A stretch of DNA of 64,000 nucleotides from the human T2T-CHM13v2.0 reference genome, Homo sapiens, in the NCBI RefSeq assembly GCF_009914755.1, contig NC_060938.1, one strand, 5' to 3'. Numbering within the stretch: the first letter of the stretch is position 1; each line of letters begins with the position of its first letter. The notes beneath the pieces were generated by a model that searched no databases, was not told the DNA's origin, and saw only the letters and a program-made list of their open reading frames with translations. This document shows positions 39,544-50,600 of the stretch, piece by piece. The position numbers and the translations under genes are program-made.

Positions 39544-40379
39544 CTGTGGTACAAGAACAGATGATGGTGAAATGTAGACAAAGCCCTAGTCTGTGGACAC
39601 CAAAAAGGTCACAATTTTTGTTCTTTAAGATTATTTCCATTAATGAGTCTTTCAGTTGACTATGTAGTTCATGCCATTCTTTTACAGTGGTCTACTCAGG
39701 GAAAATATTTCTAGCTTATCAAATAGTACTTCAGCTTCAGTGAATGAGTTTTATTCCTCAGCCAGTGACTCACGTTTTCTTTAGCAAAGTACTTATGTGT
39801 TCATTTCCCTATATTTTAAAAAAAACCTGAGTTAACAGCTGCTTTCAGCAGTCCTGCAGCCTCCTGGATGATGGCTGTTTTCAGCTCCTGGATTCTGCAG
39901 ACCCGAGGAGTCTGGGGATGGATGGGGAGGGGAGCAAAGAAAACTTTCAACCCCTACCCGTCTTTAGCCAGAGAAGCTCTGATACCATCTATTTTGTATA
40001 CTGGAGTCCTCCTTTGAAAATATGTTGCTTGAAAAGATGAGTTCTGTGGCTCAAAATAAAATTTTTTTATTTATTTAAAAATAATTGAGGACATGACGTG
40101 TCTTGAAGATTAATTTAAAAAGTTATTCATTCAGCAAACATTACTTGAGGGCTTATGATGTTTGGGGTTCATTGTTAGGTGCTAAAGATATGAAGAAAAA
40201 TGAAAGAAGAATAATGAAGATAAAACTAACCCTGGGGACCTTTAGCTGCACTTGTCTGCCAAAATCTGAGTCACAGGATTCAGAAGCCATAGCCATGGAA
40301 TTCGTATTGCAGCCATTTTCCTTGTACTCCAATAGGTGGATTAATTTATTGGGCAGACATTTCAGTGCCCACTCTGTGC

Positions 40380-41390
40380 TTTCTTTTCCTCTCCTCTATA
40401 TTTACAGACCCCAACCCTGTCATGTGTCTAGATTCTAGTTCTGTGTTGATGACCGAATTTATATCTCCGGCCTGGACCTCACCCTAGACTCCAGATCCAC
40501 CTGTCGTCTTGACATCTCAACTTGGATGTCTAATAGATATTTCTGATCCAAGTGTTTAAGACTGAACTTCTGCACTTACCCCAGACCTGTTCCTCCCCCT
40601 TTCAGTAAATGGCAAATCCGTCTTTCCAGTTGCTAAGGCCAAAAACTTTGTGATCACCTTTGACACCTCTCTCACCCACATCCAATCGATTAGCAGATCC
40701 TGCACTTCCTAATAGATCCAGAATCCAGCCACTTCTCACCACTTCCACTACCACCACCGCAGTCCAGGTAGCAGCATCTCTACCTGGATTGCTAGTAACT
40801 TTCTAACCACTCTCCCTTGCTTCCATCCTTACCCCCTAGTGTCTTTTCTCAACACAGGAGCTTATGTGATCCTTTAAAAACAGAAGTCAAAATCAGGTTG
40901 CTCCTCTACTCAGAACCATCCAGTGGCTTCCTGCCTCTCTCAGGAAAGCCCAAGTCTTTTCTGGGGACTGGGCCCCTGTTTCCTCTCTGATTTTATCTCC
41001 AACTGCTGAAGCCACACTTGTCTCCTTGATGTTCTTCAAACCCACCAGGTACACTCCCATCCCAGAACTTGTACACTTCTGCCTGTAACATAACACTTCT
41101 CTCCCCGAATATATCCACATGGTTTATCCTTCATCTTCAGATGTTTGCTTACTGTTACCTTCTTGGAGAGGCCTTGTCTAACCTCCATCTGCATCCTGAT
41201 GATGCTTCTTGTCCCCTTCCCTGCATTATTACCTATTTTTAATTTACTCTTTGTCTTCCTTCAATAGAATGTAAGCTGCATGAGGGCAGACTAATTTTGC
41301 CTGTTTTGTTTGCTGATGGATCCCTGGCATCATATATTTATCACAGTCGCAGAACGTAAAATACTGATGGACTCAATGAATGAATCAGCC
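40380..41390 (+). mobile_element. L2 fragment; boundaries approximate
   Basis: tagaatgtaagctgcatgagggcaga...aatgaatgaat 3' end. Confidence 0.65.
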
Positions 41391-41570
41391 AGGCACCCTG
41401 TGACAGATGCTGGGGATAGAGTGGAAAAAAAGACAAATGCTGCCCTGCCTTCAGGAAACTTATAGCTCACTGGAGGAGACATTAAATCACGGTGCATTCA
41501 ATGAAATTGTGCTGAGCGTTTGCCAGTACAGAAAGGTAGAGTTTGTATAGGGTGTGGGCAAGAGTTGTAC

Positions 41571-41844
41571 CTGGTTTTCATGTTTCTGAGCCATGTCTCC
41601 ACCAAGTCTGTGGTCAGGTAGTCTTCAAGGGCGAGGTGGTCACCCATTTTCTCCATGAGGACCACCAGCATGGTGGCATTTCCTTGGTAGGGCAGTTTGA
41701 GGACATGACAACGAAAATTCTTGTCAAAGGTGGAGGCAAACTTGCCTGCACCGTACATCATGGGCACCTTAATGGTCTTGTACTTGTCCAGGTGGAAAGT
41801 GTCGACTTCGGTGAAGACAGGGTCAAATGGGGTCAACCATTTCC
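41571..41844 (-). CDS. SERPINA10: SERPINA10 coding exon (GKWLTPFDPVFTEVDTFHLDKYKTIKVPMM...VETWLRNMKT)
   Basis: gttcag acceptor, AG/gtac donor, 274 nt, serpin motifs. Confidence 0.96.
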
Positions 41845-42559
41845 CTGAACAAGTAAGAGAAGAACTCATTGCAGAAATTCCCTCTTTGAAAAGCATTGTT
41901 CTTGCTCAAATAATAGAGAGGGAGCCTTCTATCTCACTTCTCTCACTTCTCGTCTTCTCGTTCCAACTAGGAAAGGCGTTCCCTAATTGGGTTGGCTTTT
42001 CCACAGCTCAGGCAGGCAAAATAAATTTCCCCAAAATTTTCCCCGTCCTCTAGCCCAGCTAGCAAAATGCAGCTCCACTCGCAGGCCCTATTGGGAATCG
42101 CACACGAAAGCAGGGAAATGTTTCCTAACAATCCCTGGCTCCTCTCATTGTCCTGGACCTGAACGGAATTCACAGTCGTTCCCTCATAGTTGGCTCCAGC
42201 TTAGAGAAAAGCCTTTGCCTGGCACCTCTGACTGCCACTTTGTCTCATTCACACCAGGCACAAGCACATGCAGAGTCCAAGGTGGCAGGAGTGACACTTC
42301 TCACCCACCCACTGTTTAGTGTGGTTCTGAGAGAAGGCCCCACAATGCAGAGGCTACTAGCAGGCAGGTACATTACTCTCTACATAAACGTCTGCCCTGG
42401 GGGTGTGGCCTGGCTGGTTGTAAAGTGGCTTCCCCTGCCGGGGCTTTGTAAGTCTGGTGCCAGCTCTGCGAAAGTGGCATCCAACCCACGTCCAGTGCCC
42501 CATTAGGGAGGCAGGGCTGGACAGAACCTAGGATCAGGGGGTCAGGAGGCCCTTGTTTG

Positions 42560-42820
42560 GGTTTTGCCTCTGCCACTTACTGTGTGACCTTGATCAAGCT
42601 AACGTCTCTGAGCTGGTTTCATCTTTAGAAAGGAGACAACTCCTGCTCTACCTGCTGATTGGCAGTTTGGAAGAACAAGTAAACAATAGATACTCAGTGT
42701 CTGCTATGTGCCAAGCCCATCTGGGCACTTTACATTCATTGTCTCATTTAGCCTCTAACACTGTAGTAGGTGGAGTGTCCCTATTTTCTATAATAGGAAT
42801 CTAAGGGCAGAGAGTTGGTC
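42560..42820. mobile_element. MIR fragments
   Basis: ctctgccacttactgtgtgaccttg...tctctgagctggtttcatct core. Confidence 0.55.
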
Positions 42821-43160
42821 AAAAAGTAAAAATGAAGGAGCAATGATGCAATCCTAAATCCCCCAGATAATCCCCCAGCCCCCTGTTTTTTGGAAAGACC
42901 CTATGCTTCTAAGTGTCAGAGGGGAGCTATGTAGAGTGCTCTGAAAATAATAAGGACTACAAGCACATAGGATACCAGGGAAGGGCCTCAAATGACAGCG
43001 TCTGGCACTGTTCAATATGTGTATCAATCTGTTTTTGAAACGTGAAAACACATTCATAGAAAATCACGTAGCGTTAATCATATGCTGGCCTAACGAAAGG
43101 AAAGGGAGAGACAATCGTAGGGCCCTGTGGCCTTGGGAGAGCAGAACATTATCAAAGTAC

Positions 43161-43878
43161 CTTTGAACAAGATGTAATCCACAAGAATTAATTTGGTTTC
43201 AGGATTAATCTCATCAAACAGTTTGGGAATTTTCCCCCGAGTCTCTTTGTTAATGTAATGATTCATGAGCCTTTTGGCCTGTGAGGCATTGCGAAAATTC
43301 ATAGGCACGCACTCTGTATCAAAATACCTCTTGGATAAATTGAAGAAAGTCTCTTTGACATCAAAATCCTTGTGGATGAAGGCAAAACTCCCCTGTGTGA
43401 GGCCCAGTTCCAGGTTGCGGGAGAGGGTCTCTCTGAGTCCCTTAAAGAGGGAAGGCAGGAGCCCGGGCTTGGTGGGCTTCAGGGCCTGCAAGTGGAGCCC
43501 TCTCTTGATCTGGGTTTCAGTCGGCCCTGTGGCCCCCAGCATCAAGCCTGTCATGGCCAAGGACATGCCAAATGGAGAGAAGACCATGTTGCCATCGTGC
43601 CTCATGGAGATCTTTCGCAGCAGGCTGAATCCGAAGTTTGAAGTCTCCTTGGCAAGCTGCTGCCTGCTGGCCATCAGCCAGGCTTTCTCTTCCTCACTGG
43701 CCTTCTCCTCGCTGGCCTCCTGCTCATCTTCCTCTTCCTCCCTGGGAGCCTGCACTACCCTGCTGGTCTGGTTCTGAGGGGCTGGGGTCTCTGGCGACTG
43801 AGGACTGGGGGCCAAGCCGGGTACCAGCCACACCTGTGCCAGGAGGACGGAGAGCAGGAGACTTGGCACCACCTTCAT
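43161..43878 (-). CDS. SERPINA10: SERPINA10 first coding exon (signal peptide MKVVPSLLLSVLLAQVWLVPG, acidic N-terminal extension); exon begins at 43928
   Basis: ATG at 43878; 718+274+151+192 = 1335 nt = 444 aa plus stop, matching ZPI. Confidence 0.97.
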
Positions 43879-45387
43879 GTGATCGGCTGCGGAGGCCAAG
43901 GAGTGCCTCCCTTCAGCTGCAAGACTTCCTGTGGAGAGGAGAGGATAGAGATGGTTTTAATGCCTCCTAAAATGTCTTTGTGGATAGTAAAAGCTTCTTC
44001 AGGGACCCTGCCTCCTTCCTGTGGCTCAAGTAGGTTAGCCCTGCCCCAGGGAGACCTAGAGCAAGTGTGGGTGACATTTGCTCACCCAAAGAGGGGACAT
44101 TATTTCACAGAGCAAAACCTCCTCCAGTTCCCATTCCCTGCCAGGCCGGCAGGCAGCTCTCAGTCCTGACCCCGTTTTCATTCATCCCGTCTCCTCCCTG
44201 AGGGCCAGGGCAAGAGAGTCCACTCTGGGAGCAGGAGGCAGCACAGAAGGTGGGGGTCCAAGCAGGTGGAATCAGGGGTCCTCACACACCTTTCCTTGAT
44301 CTGCTTCATTCACTGCCCTGACCATCTGGTCGTCAGGCTGCCCATCCAGATGGGTGGCCGGCCTTGCCCAGTGCCCTGTTTGGCTGGGGATTGGAGTGCC
44401 TGCATGCCCGTTAGGCAAGGAAGGGGGAAAGTATTGGAGCTTTCCTAGATTTTTTATCAAAATTCTCTTTGCACTGCACCTCTGCTACACAGTTCCTTGG
44501 AGGTCTTCCTTCCTTCCTTCCTTCCTATAGCTGCAGCTCCCGGGTAGCAGGAGGCCCCGCAATTCATACAACCCACTTCTGGGCTCCCTCCACTGTGGCT
44601 TCATAGAGCCCTCAGCCACCTGGGCTGCATGCCGGTTCTCACTGTCCTAGGCTGCAGTGTGGGAGCTACACTTCTTCACCGTTAGCTGTCCCCTTCTCTG
44701 TCGCCTTTTAGGCTCCCTCCACATCCTTGGACACAGAGCCTGGCTCCTGAATACTTCCATGTTTTCCATCCAAATACATGGCTTGGGACTGGCCTGGGCC
44801 ACCTGGCTGTGTCCAAACTCAGTTCTGGTGTTCAGCCACACTGCAGGCCTGATCCCAGAGGCTGGCTGGGCAGAACCCCTGGGACACCTGCCCTCCCTCA
44901 TCCTCTCTCTGGGCCCACTGCCCTGGGAGGGTCTGGGTGGGGTAGGCCACCCAGCCCAGTGAGCGCAGGGTGGATGCTGCCGGCCTCACAGTAGTTCCCA
45001 TCAGCAGAGACCCTTATTCTTGACCAAGGTCACCTGCGGCAAAATGTATTGACAGGCGGTGCTGCCAGGCCTCTTCCTGATGCAGGGGCTGAGTCCTTAT
45101 CTATGCCTGGGACAAAACCGCCTCCAGCGCCAGGGCCCAGCATGTTGCCCCTTGCTCGGGCTGAATGGCACCCCGGAATTCAGGGCCTCACTCTGCAGTC
45201 TGAACGGCACTACCCTCTCCCCTGTAGAAGCAGTGAAATACTTCCACTGTGTTTCCCAAAGGACACTGTTGAGGAAGCTCTTTTTGACTCTAAATGGCAA
45301 GCCTGCATTCAACAGGTCACCCAAGTATTGTAAACGTTGGGTAAATAGCTCTTTCAGTGTAAACGCAGCCCAGTTTCACGCTTTTAT

Positions 45388-45747
45388 TGTTATGGACTGA
45401 ATGTGTCCCCTGAGAATTAATAAGTTGAAGCCCGAACCACCATTGTGATGGCAATAGAGTTGGGGCGCTTGGGAGGTGATTAGGTTTAGATGAGGTCGTG
45501 AGGGCAAGGCCCCTGTGATAGCACTAGTGCTGTCATAAGAAGAGAGCAGAGTCCCCCTCCGCACCTCCTCTCCATGGGAGGACACGGTGCGAAGGTGGCC
45601 ATCTGCAAGCCAAGAAGACAGCCCTACCAGAATCCGGCCACGCTGGCACCCTGACTCGGACTTTCAGCCTCCAAAACTGTGAAAAATCAATGGCTGTTGG
45701 AGCCACCCAGCCTGTGGTGTTTTGTTAGAGGAGCCTGAGCTAAAACG
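45388..45747 (+). mobile_element. MLT1A-like (MaLR) solo LTR in SERPINA10 intron 1
   Basis: tgttatggactgaatgtgtcccc...cagcctccaaaactgtga...gagctaaaac. Confidence 0.8.
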
Positions 45748-45893
45748 ATTACGTGGCATCATTTAGTGCTACTTTCTACATTAAGACCACACAGAATACT
45801 CCTGAATTCAAGGTTACTTCTCCCTGTACAATGGTCAGGAAATTAGCCCAGCACGCCAACTAGATGTCACCACCTCCAAATGCTGAGTCTTAC

Positions 45894-46310
45894 CTTCCTG
45901 TTCTTGGAGCTTGTCCTGCAGTCTGCAGTGGTAGCCCAGTAATTCCTGGGTGCTCCTGGACATATATCGCCTAAGGTCTTTGTAAAGTCTTTGCTCATCT
46001 ACCCAACCCTTTGGAGTCTAGGCCAGGAGCTCAGGGGGTGCTCCTGGACTAGGACACCATCCAGCATGGTGAGGACGCACCTTCCTAGACAGAACCTGGG
46101 CAGTAAGGAATCACCAGCTCACCTGCCACTTCTCAGCCCTGGGACAGCACACATCCCTGCCTCCCCTCAGCCCTGGGAAGGGGAGACCTGCTTACTCCGG
46201 CAGTGAGTGGTGGTGGGTGAAATATCAAGCCTTTCAAGCCTCTTTCCCTTGGCCTCCTTCCTGCAGAGGAGCCCCTTGTGTCTATAATTCGCCTCTTACC
46301 CCACTCCAGC
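45894..46310 (-). other. SERPINA10: SERPINA10 5' leader exon; donor exact, 5' end approximate
   Basis: Strong donor AAG/gtaaga at 45894; splicing to 43928 gives an open frame from ATG 45963 into the main ATG. The 5' end is inferred from my recollection that the ZPI leader is long and multi-ATG. Confidence 0.7.
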
Positions 46311-46553
46311 TCCCAATCTGTATGTACAGTCCCTGTGGAGTGTAGGATGGAGGTCTTTGCACTGCTCAGCCACACAGCCCTCACGTTGGAGCCCGCCCAG
46401 GGATGATACCATCCTTCCCGGTCCCTCCCTGATTAGACTCATTGAAGGTCTCCTGTAACCCACTGCCTCTTACCAGTGTGTGGCCTTGGGTCCTGGAAAA
46501 GTCCTTCATTTAGAGCAGAAACCAAAGCTTCAGCTTTGCAGCCCAGAACCTTC

Positions 46554-46608
46554 AGCAAATATTTGCTATTCCAAAGTATGATCCCCTGTGGGACGGTTAC
46601 TGATTAAC
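46554..46608. promoter_or_regulatory. Candidate liver regulatory module: palindromic FOXA site plus HNF1 site
   Basis: AGCAAATATTTGCT (46554-46567); GTTACTGATTAAC (46596-46608), one mismatch to GTTAATNATTAAC. Confidence 0.6.
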
Positions 46609-48038
46609 ATCCTGCTTGTGATGGTGGAGTTTCTGGAAAACCAAAGACCAAGTGGGAGGCTTCCCATACTCCCCAGCTCCTCCTATAACCCGGAATATGA
46701 CCCAAATCCCATCACGAGAGCTTCTGCCTTGCAACTCAAGGCTTCGCCCCAGTAAGATTCAGCTCTGTCTGGGTGGGGTGTGGGGAATTTGTCTTGAGCT
46801 GTTCTAGGTGCTGAACACCTCGAGAAAGAAGGCACTGGGGGATCCCATGGATGCTTCCTGAGTCCCCAGCCTGGTACTGGACACTATGAGGATGTGGGTT
46901 GGGGGGCACAGCAGAAATGTTCAGGACCTGTTCTCTCAGCCCCCAAGGAACTGGTCAATCCAGTGGGGGAGGCAGACAGGTAAATCACTACTTAGAGTAC
47001 ATAGCTCCTTTCAAGGTAAATTTCCTGCTTCACAATGTTGCTGGACTTGAGACTGAATCCTTGGGCACTCAGAGTTGAGGCTGGTGGAGACCGTTTATGG
47101 CAAAACTTTTCAGACTTCTCAGACTCTCTTTTTTAATATATATAAGTAAATATTTTGTTATGTGCCCCTTACTACTACCATTGAAGTGAAACGTATAGCT
47201 AATATAATCTACCCACAAAATTAAAAAAAAGATAATGCTGTAATGATAATATGGAGGCATAATAAAAGAGAATAATGTGTCCCTGAATATGGCAGTGCTG
47301 TGGCCTAAGGGCCTGGGCAGGTGCAGTGAGGCTGTCCAATGTGGAGCCCACGGGAGGTCGCTTGTGTGCTGCTCACTGCTGGCCGGTGAACAAGAAAACC
47401 AATGGTACTACCAGGGATAGAGCTTTTGAAATGGTAAATAATGCTTGGTAAAGTTTCAAACAAAATAAAATATAGATCTTTCCCTGATTTACACGGTCAT
47501 TGTCTTCACAGAAAATGCAATGTGTAGTAAAACCTTGGATAAATATTATATTTTTATATGAAATAAAGCAGCCCCAGGACTGACAGTCTAGGCTCAGATA
47601 ATCCCACGTGAACTTGAGGTGGACATGTGAGTCCTGGGGAACCCGGCGGCCTCTTCATCATGGGAGACTGCCCTGCGTGTTCTGGTATGTCTGGCATTGC
47701 TAACCCTCAATCCTTAAATGCTAGTAGTACTCCCCCCAAACGTTTGTGAAAGGCAGAAGTGTCCCAACAAGTTTCCAGAGTGTTCCTTTTGGGCAGTACC
47801 TGCTCTGTTAATAGGCAGTTCTTTAAGAGGTGAAAGTGAGGGTGTAGAGGGGCCAGGCTGGACTCACACCACGCACAGGAGTCAGCCTTTGCCTGCCCAT
47901 CCAGGTCGAGCTCTGCAGCTGCGGGCTTGTGGATTCCCAAAAAGCAGGGGCTGTTTCCTCCAGGCCTGGGAAGGTGTCTGCTTTGCTAAATGTCTGAGCG
48001 GAGCCAGCGAGTGTGCAGGTCTTAGGGCACAGGGTTTC

Positions 48039-48325
48039 TTTCTTTTTTTTTTTTTTTTTTGAGACGGAGTCTCTGTCTGTCACCCAGGCACTGTCTGTCT
48101 CAGCTCACTGAGACCTCCACCTCCCAGGTTCAAACAGTTCTCCTGCCTCAGCCTCCCGAGTAGCTGGGATTACAGGCGCCTGCCACCACGCTAATTTTTC
48201 TATTTTTAGTAGAGACGGGGTTTCACCATATTGGCCAGGCTGGTCTCAAACTCCTGACCTCGTGGTCCTCCTGCCTTGGCCTCCCAAAGTACTGGAATTA
48301 CAGGTGTGAGCCACCGTGCCTGGCC
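48039..48325 (-). mobile_element. Alu (AluS-like), antisense
   Basis: Poly(T) head; 15-bp TSD agggcacagggtttc. Confidence 0.95.
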
Positions 48326-48739
48326 AGGGCACAGGGTTTCAGAAATGGATCCTTACAAAGGAAGGCAGCGGAGTATATTGGGAAGATTGTGAAGGCTTCA
48401 GCCAGGCCATTGCCTCCTGCCCTGGTGTGAATCTGAGGTCCTCTGCTCCCGGTTCCTAGCTGCTGGGATGTAAGTTAACCTCACCGAGCCAGCCTTTCTT
48501 CCTCTGTTAAGTGGCCAGAACTCAGACTCTGTCCTATGAATATCTCTGCAGCACCGAGGAACCAGGAAGGGGGTGGACGATTTTGCTCCTAAGGCTGTGA
48601 GCCCTGGACCCCAGGGTGTGGCTCAGAAGTCCCCCTCCTTCAGGGAGGACATTATTCCTGTACAGCTCCCAACAAGGGAGCTGCCCACTCTTTGACCTTT
48701 AGCCCTCCAGTTAGATGGGAAAGTGAGAAAACTCAATGC

Positions 48740-48945
48740 ATAGCACTGTAGCCTGAGCTCTTTTACCAGCAGCATGACCCTGAACAAGCTACCTAACCTC
48801 TCTTAGCCTCAGTTTACTAATCTGTAAAATGGGGTGCCCCAGGCTGAGCTGTTAGGACTTCTGAGAGGATGAACTGAGGTGGTGCCTGTGGAGTTGAGTA
48901 TCTCGCCCGGTAGGAAGGAAGTGCTAAAGGAATGGCATTTGTTGC
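48740..48945. mobile_element. MIR
   Basis: ctctcttagcctcagtttactaatctgtaaaatgggg core. Confidence 0.65.
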
Positions 48946-49427
48946 ATAATTTTAGAGCCAGATTGAACCTCAGAAGTAAGTAACCCTGTCCCCAGGCTTT
49001 GATTTTATAAAGGAAGATATTCAGGCCCCACCATGAAGGCCTTTCCTGCTAGAGTTAAAGCAGAATAGACCAGGCTGTCTGACTTCCAGTTGTTATGAAC
49101 TTTAGCTTCTCACACTCCTTGGCCAAAAACGATTGGGAAAGCTCTGACGGGAAGGCCTCTGGTGATCCAGATAAACTCATAGGCGATGCAGAACCCTTCC
49201 TGGAACTCCCCTCAGGCAGGAGGCACAACTTCTGAAAGCCACTCTTCAGGGCGACATCGAGGGGCTTCTAAAGCAAATTTGTCCAGAGACCTACAGGGTT
49301 AAACGTCTGAAAAACAAGCGTTAGGGCAGTCCTATGAGACCAAAAGCAGACTCCAGGAAACAGTGAGAGAACTGCAAGAGTTTACTTTGTGTGGATCAGA
49401 TGAAGGGGGTGTTTGGGTAGGTGGGTA

Positions 49428-50303
49428 GTAAAGGAAACCAGACTATGTTACCCCTTGATATGGTCTGTCTGTGTCCCCACCCAAATCTTATCTTGAATTG
49501 TAGCTCCCATAATTCCCACGTGTTGTTGGGGGGTACCCAGTGGGAGATCATTGAATCATAGAGGTGGTTTCCCCCATACTGTTCTTGTGGTAGTGAGTAA
49601 GTCTCACGAGATCTGATGGTTTTATAAGGGGATTTTTAAGGGGAAATTCCTTTCACTTGGCTCTCATTCTCCCTCTTGCCTGCTGCCATGTAAGACCTGC
49701 CTTGATTGTGAGGCCTCTCCAACCATGTGGAACGGTGAGTCCATTAAACCTCTTTTTCTTTATAAATTACCCAGTCTTGGGTATGTCTTTATTAGCAGTG
49801 TGAAAATAAACTAACATACCTCTAAATATGCCTTTCTGATATAAAAATTATTTTTGAACTGAAGGTAATTAAGAAACAGCAAATGGAGAAATAGTTTTCT
49901 CTATCTTTCCCCCTTTCTTCCTAAAGACAGATAAAAATTCATCTTTACTGGAAATGACTCTAGACTCTTATCAACCCAGAGATGGCATCAGAGGAATATG
50001 CAAACAAGCCTTATTCCTTTAGTTTCCTCCCATATATTTACCTTCCATGATTTCCTGCCCTTGGAAGCATAAAACCACTTCCCTTGTCCCGATCCATGAT
50101 TTTCCTGCTAATTTATTGCTCTTTACTAAAGGTAAGTGGAGTTCTAAGGCACCATTTTGAGTTACTTTTCATGCAGGTTTCTCCTGTGTGAAGTGCATGG
50201 CCCATGTTGTAAGCTGATTTTTCTCTTGTCTGTCTTTTGTTACAGGAGTCTATCCCAAAAAAGAACTAAGATGGGAAGAAGTCAAGTTTAGCCTCCCCCC
50301 ACA
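49428..50303 (+). mobile_element. ERV1-class LTR (MER34/MER39-like), split by a THE1 LTR
   Basis: aaggaaaccagactatgttacccct resumes as aaatatgcctttctg after the insert; ends cctcccccaca. Confidence 0.6.
49456..49818 (+). mobile_element. THE1 solo LTR (THE1C/D-like)
   Basis: tgatatggtctgtctgtgtccccacccaaatct...aactaacata; TSD cccct/cctct. Confidence 0.9.
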
Positions 50304-50600
50304 GTAGTACAGAGGTAGGAAAAAAAGGGCTTTCCAAGTCCTTGCAACATACACACACACATATGCACATGCACACACAGGTGCAAATTTCTCGCTGATT
50401 TCCAGACATCCCTCCTGCCTTGAACTTTAAAGACATCTTTCCATTGTGTTATGGCTTATGTGATTTCTTCTTTTTAAACTTCTAATTTAGAAATAACTTT
50501 AAACTTAAAAAAATTTGCAAAAATCATGGTCTCCACATCTACCCTTCACCCAGCTTCCAAAAATATGAACATATCATATGACTATAATACATAACCACAG

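Noticed and set aside
43265-43777. 170-aa + strand ORF
   Set aside because: Antisense shadow of the SERPINA10 coding exon; no independent gene signals
46075-46196. Other donor-like sites in the SERPINA10 leader (near 46081, 46123 and 46196)
   Set aside because: Plausible GT motifs, but nothing in the sequence shows use; 45894 is stronger and gives a coherent frame
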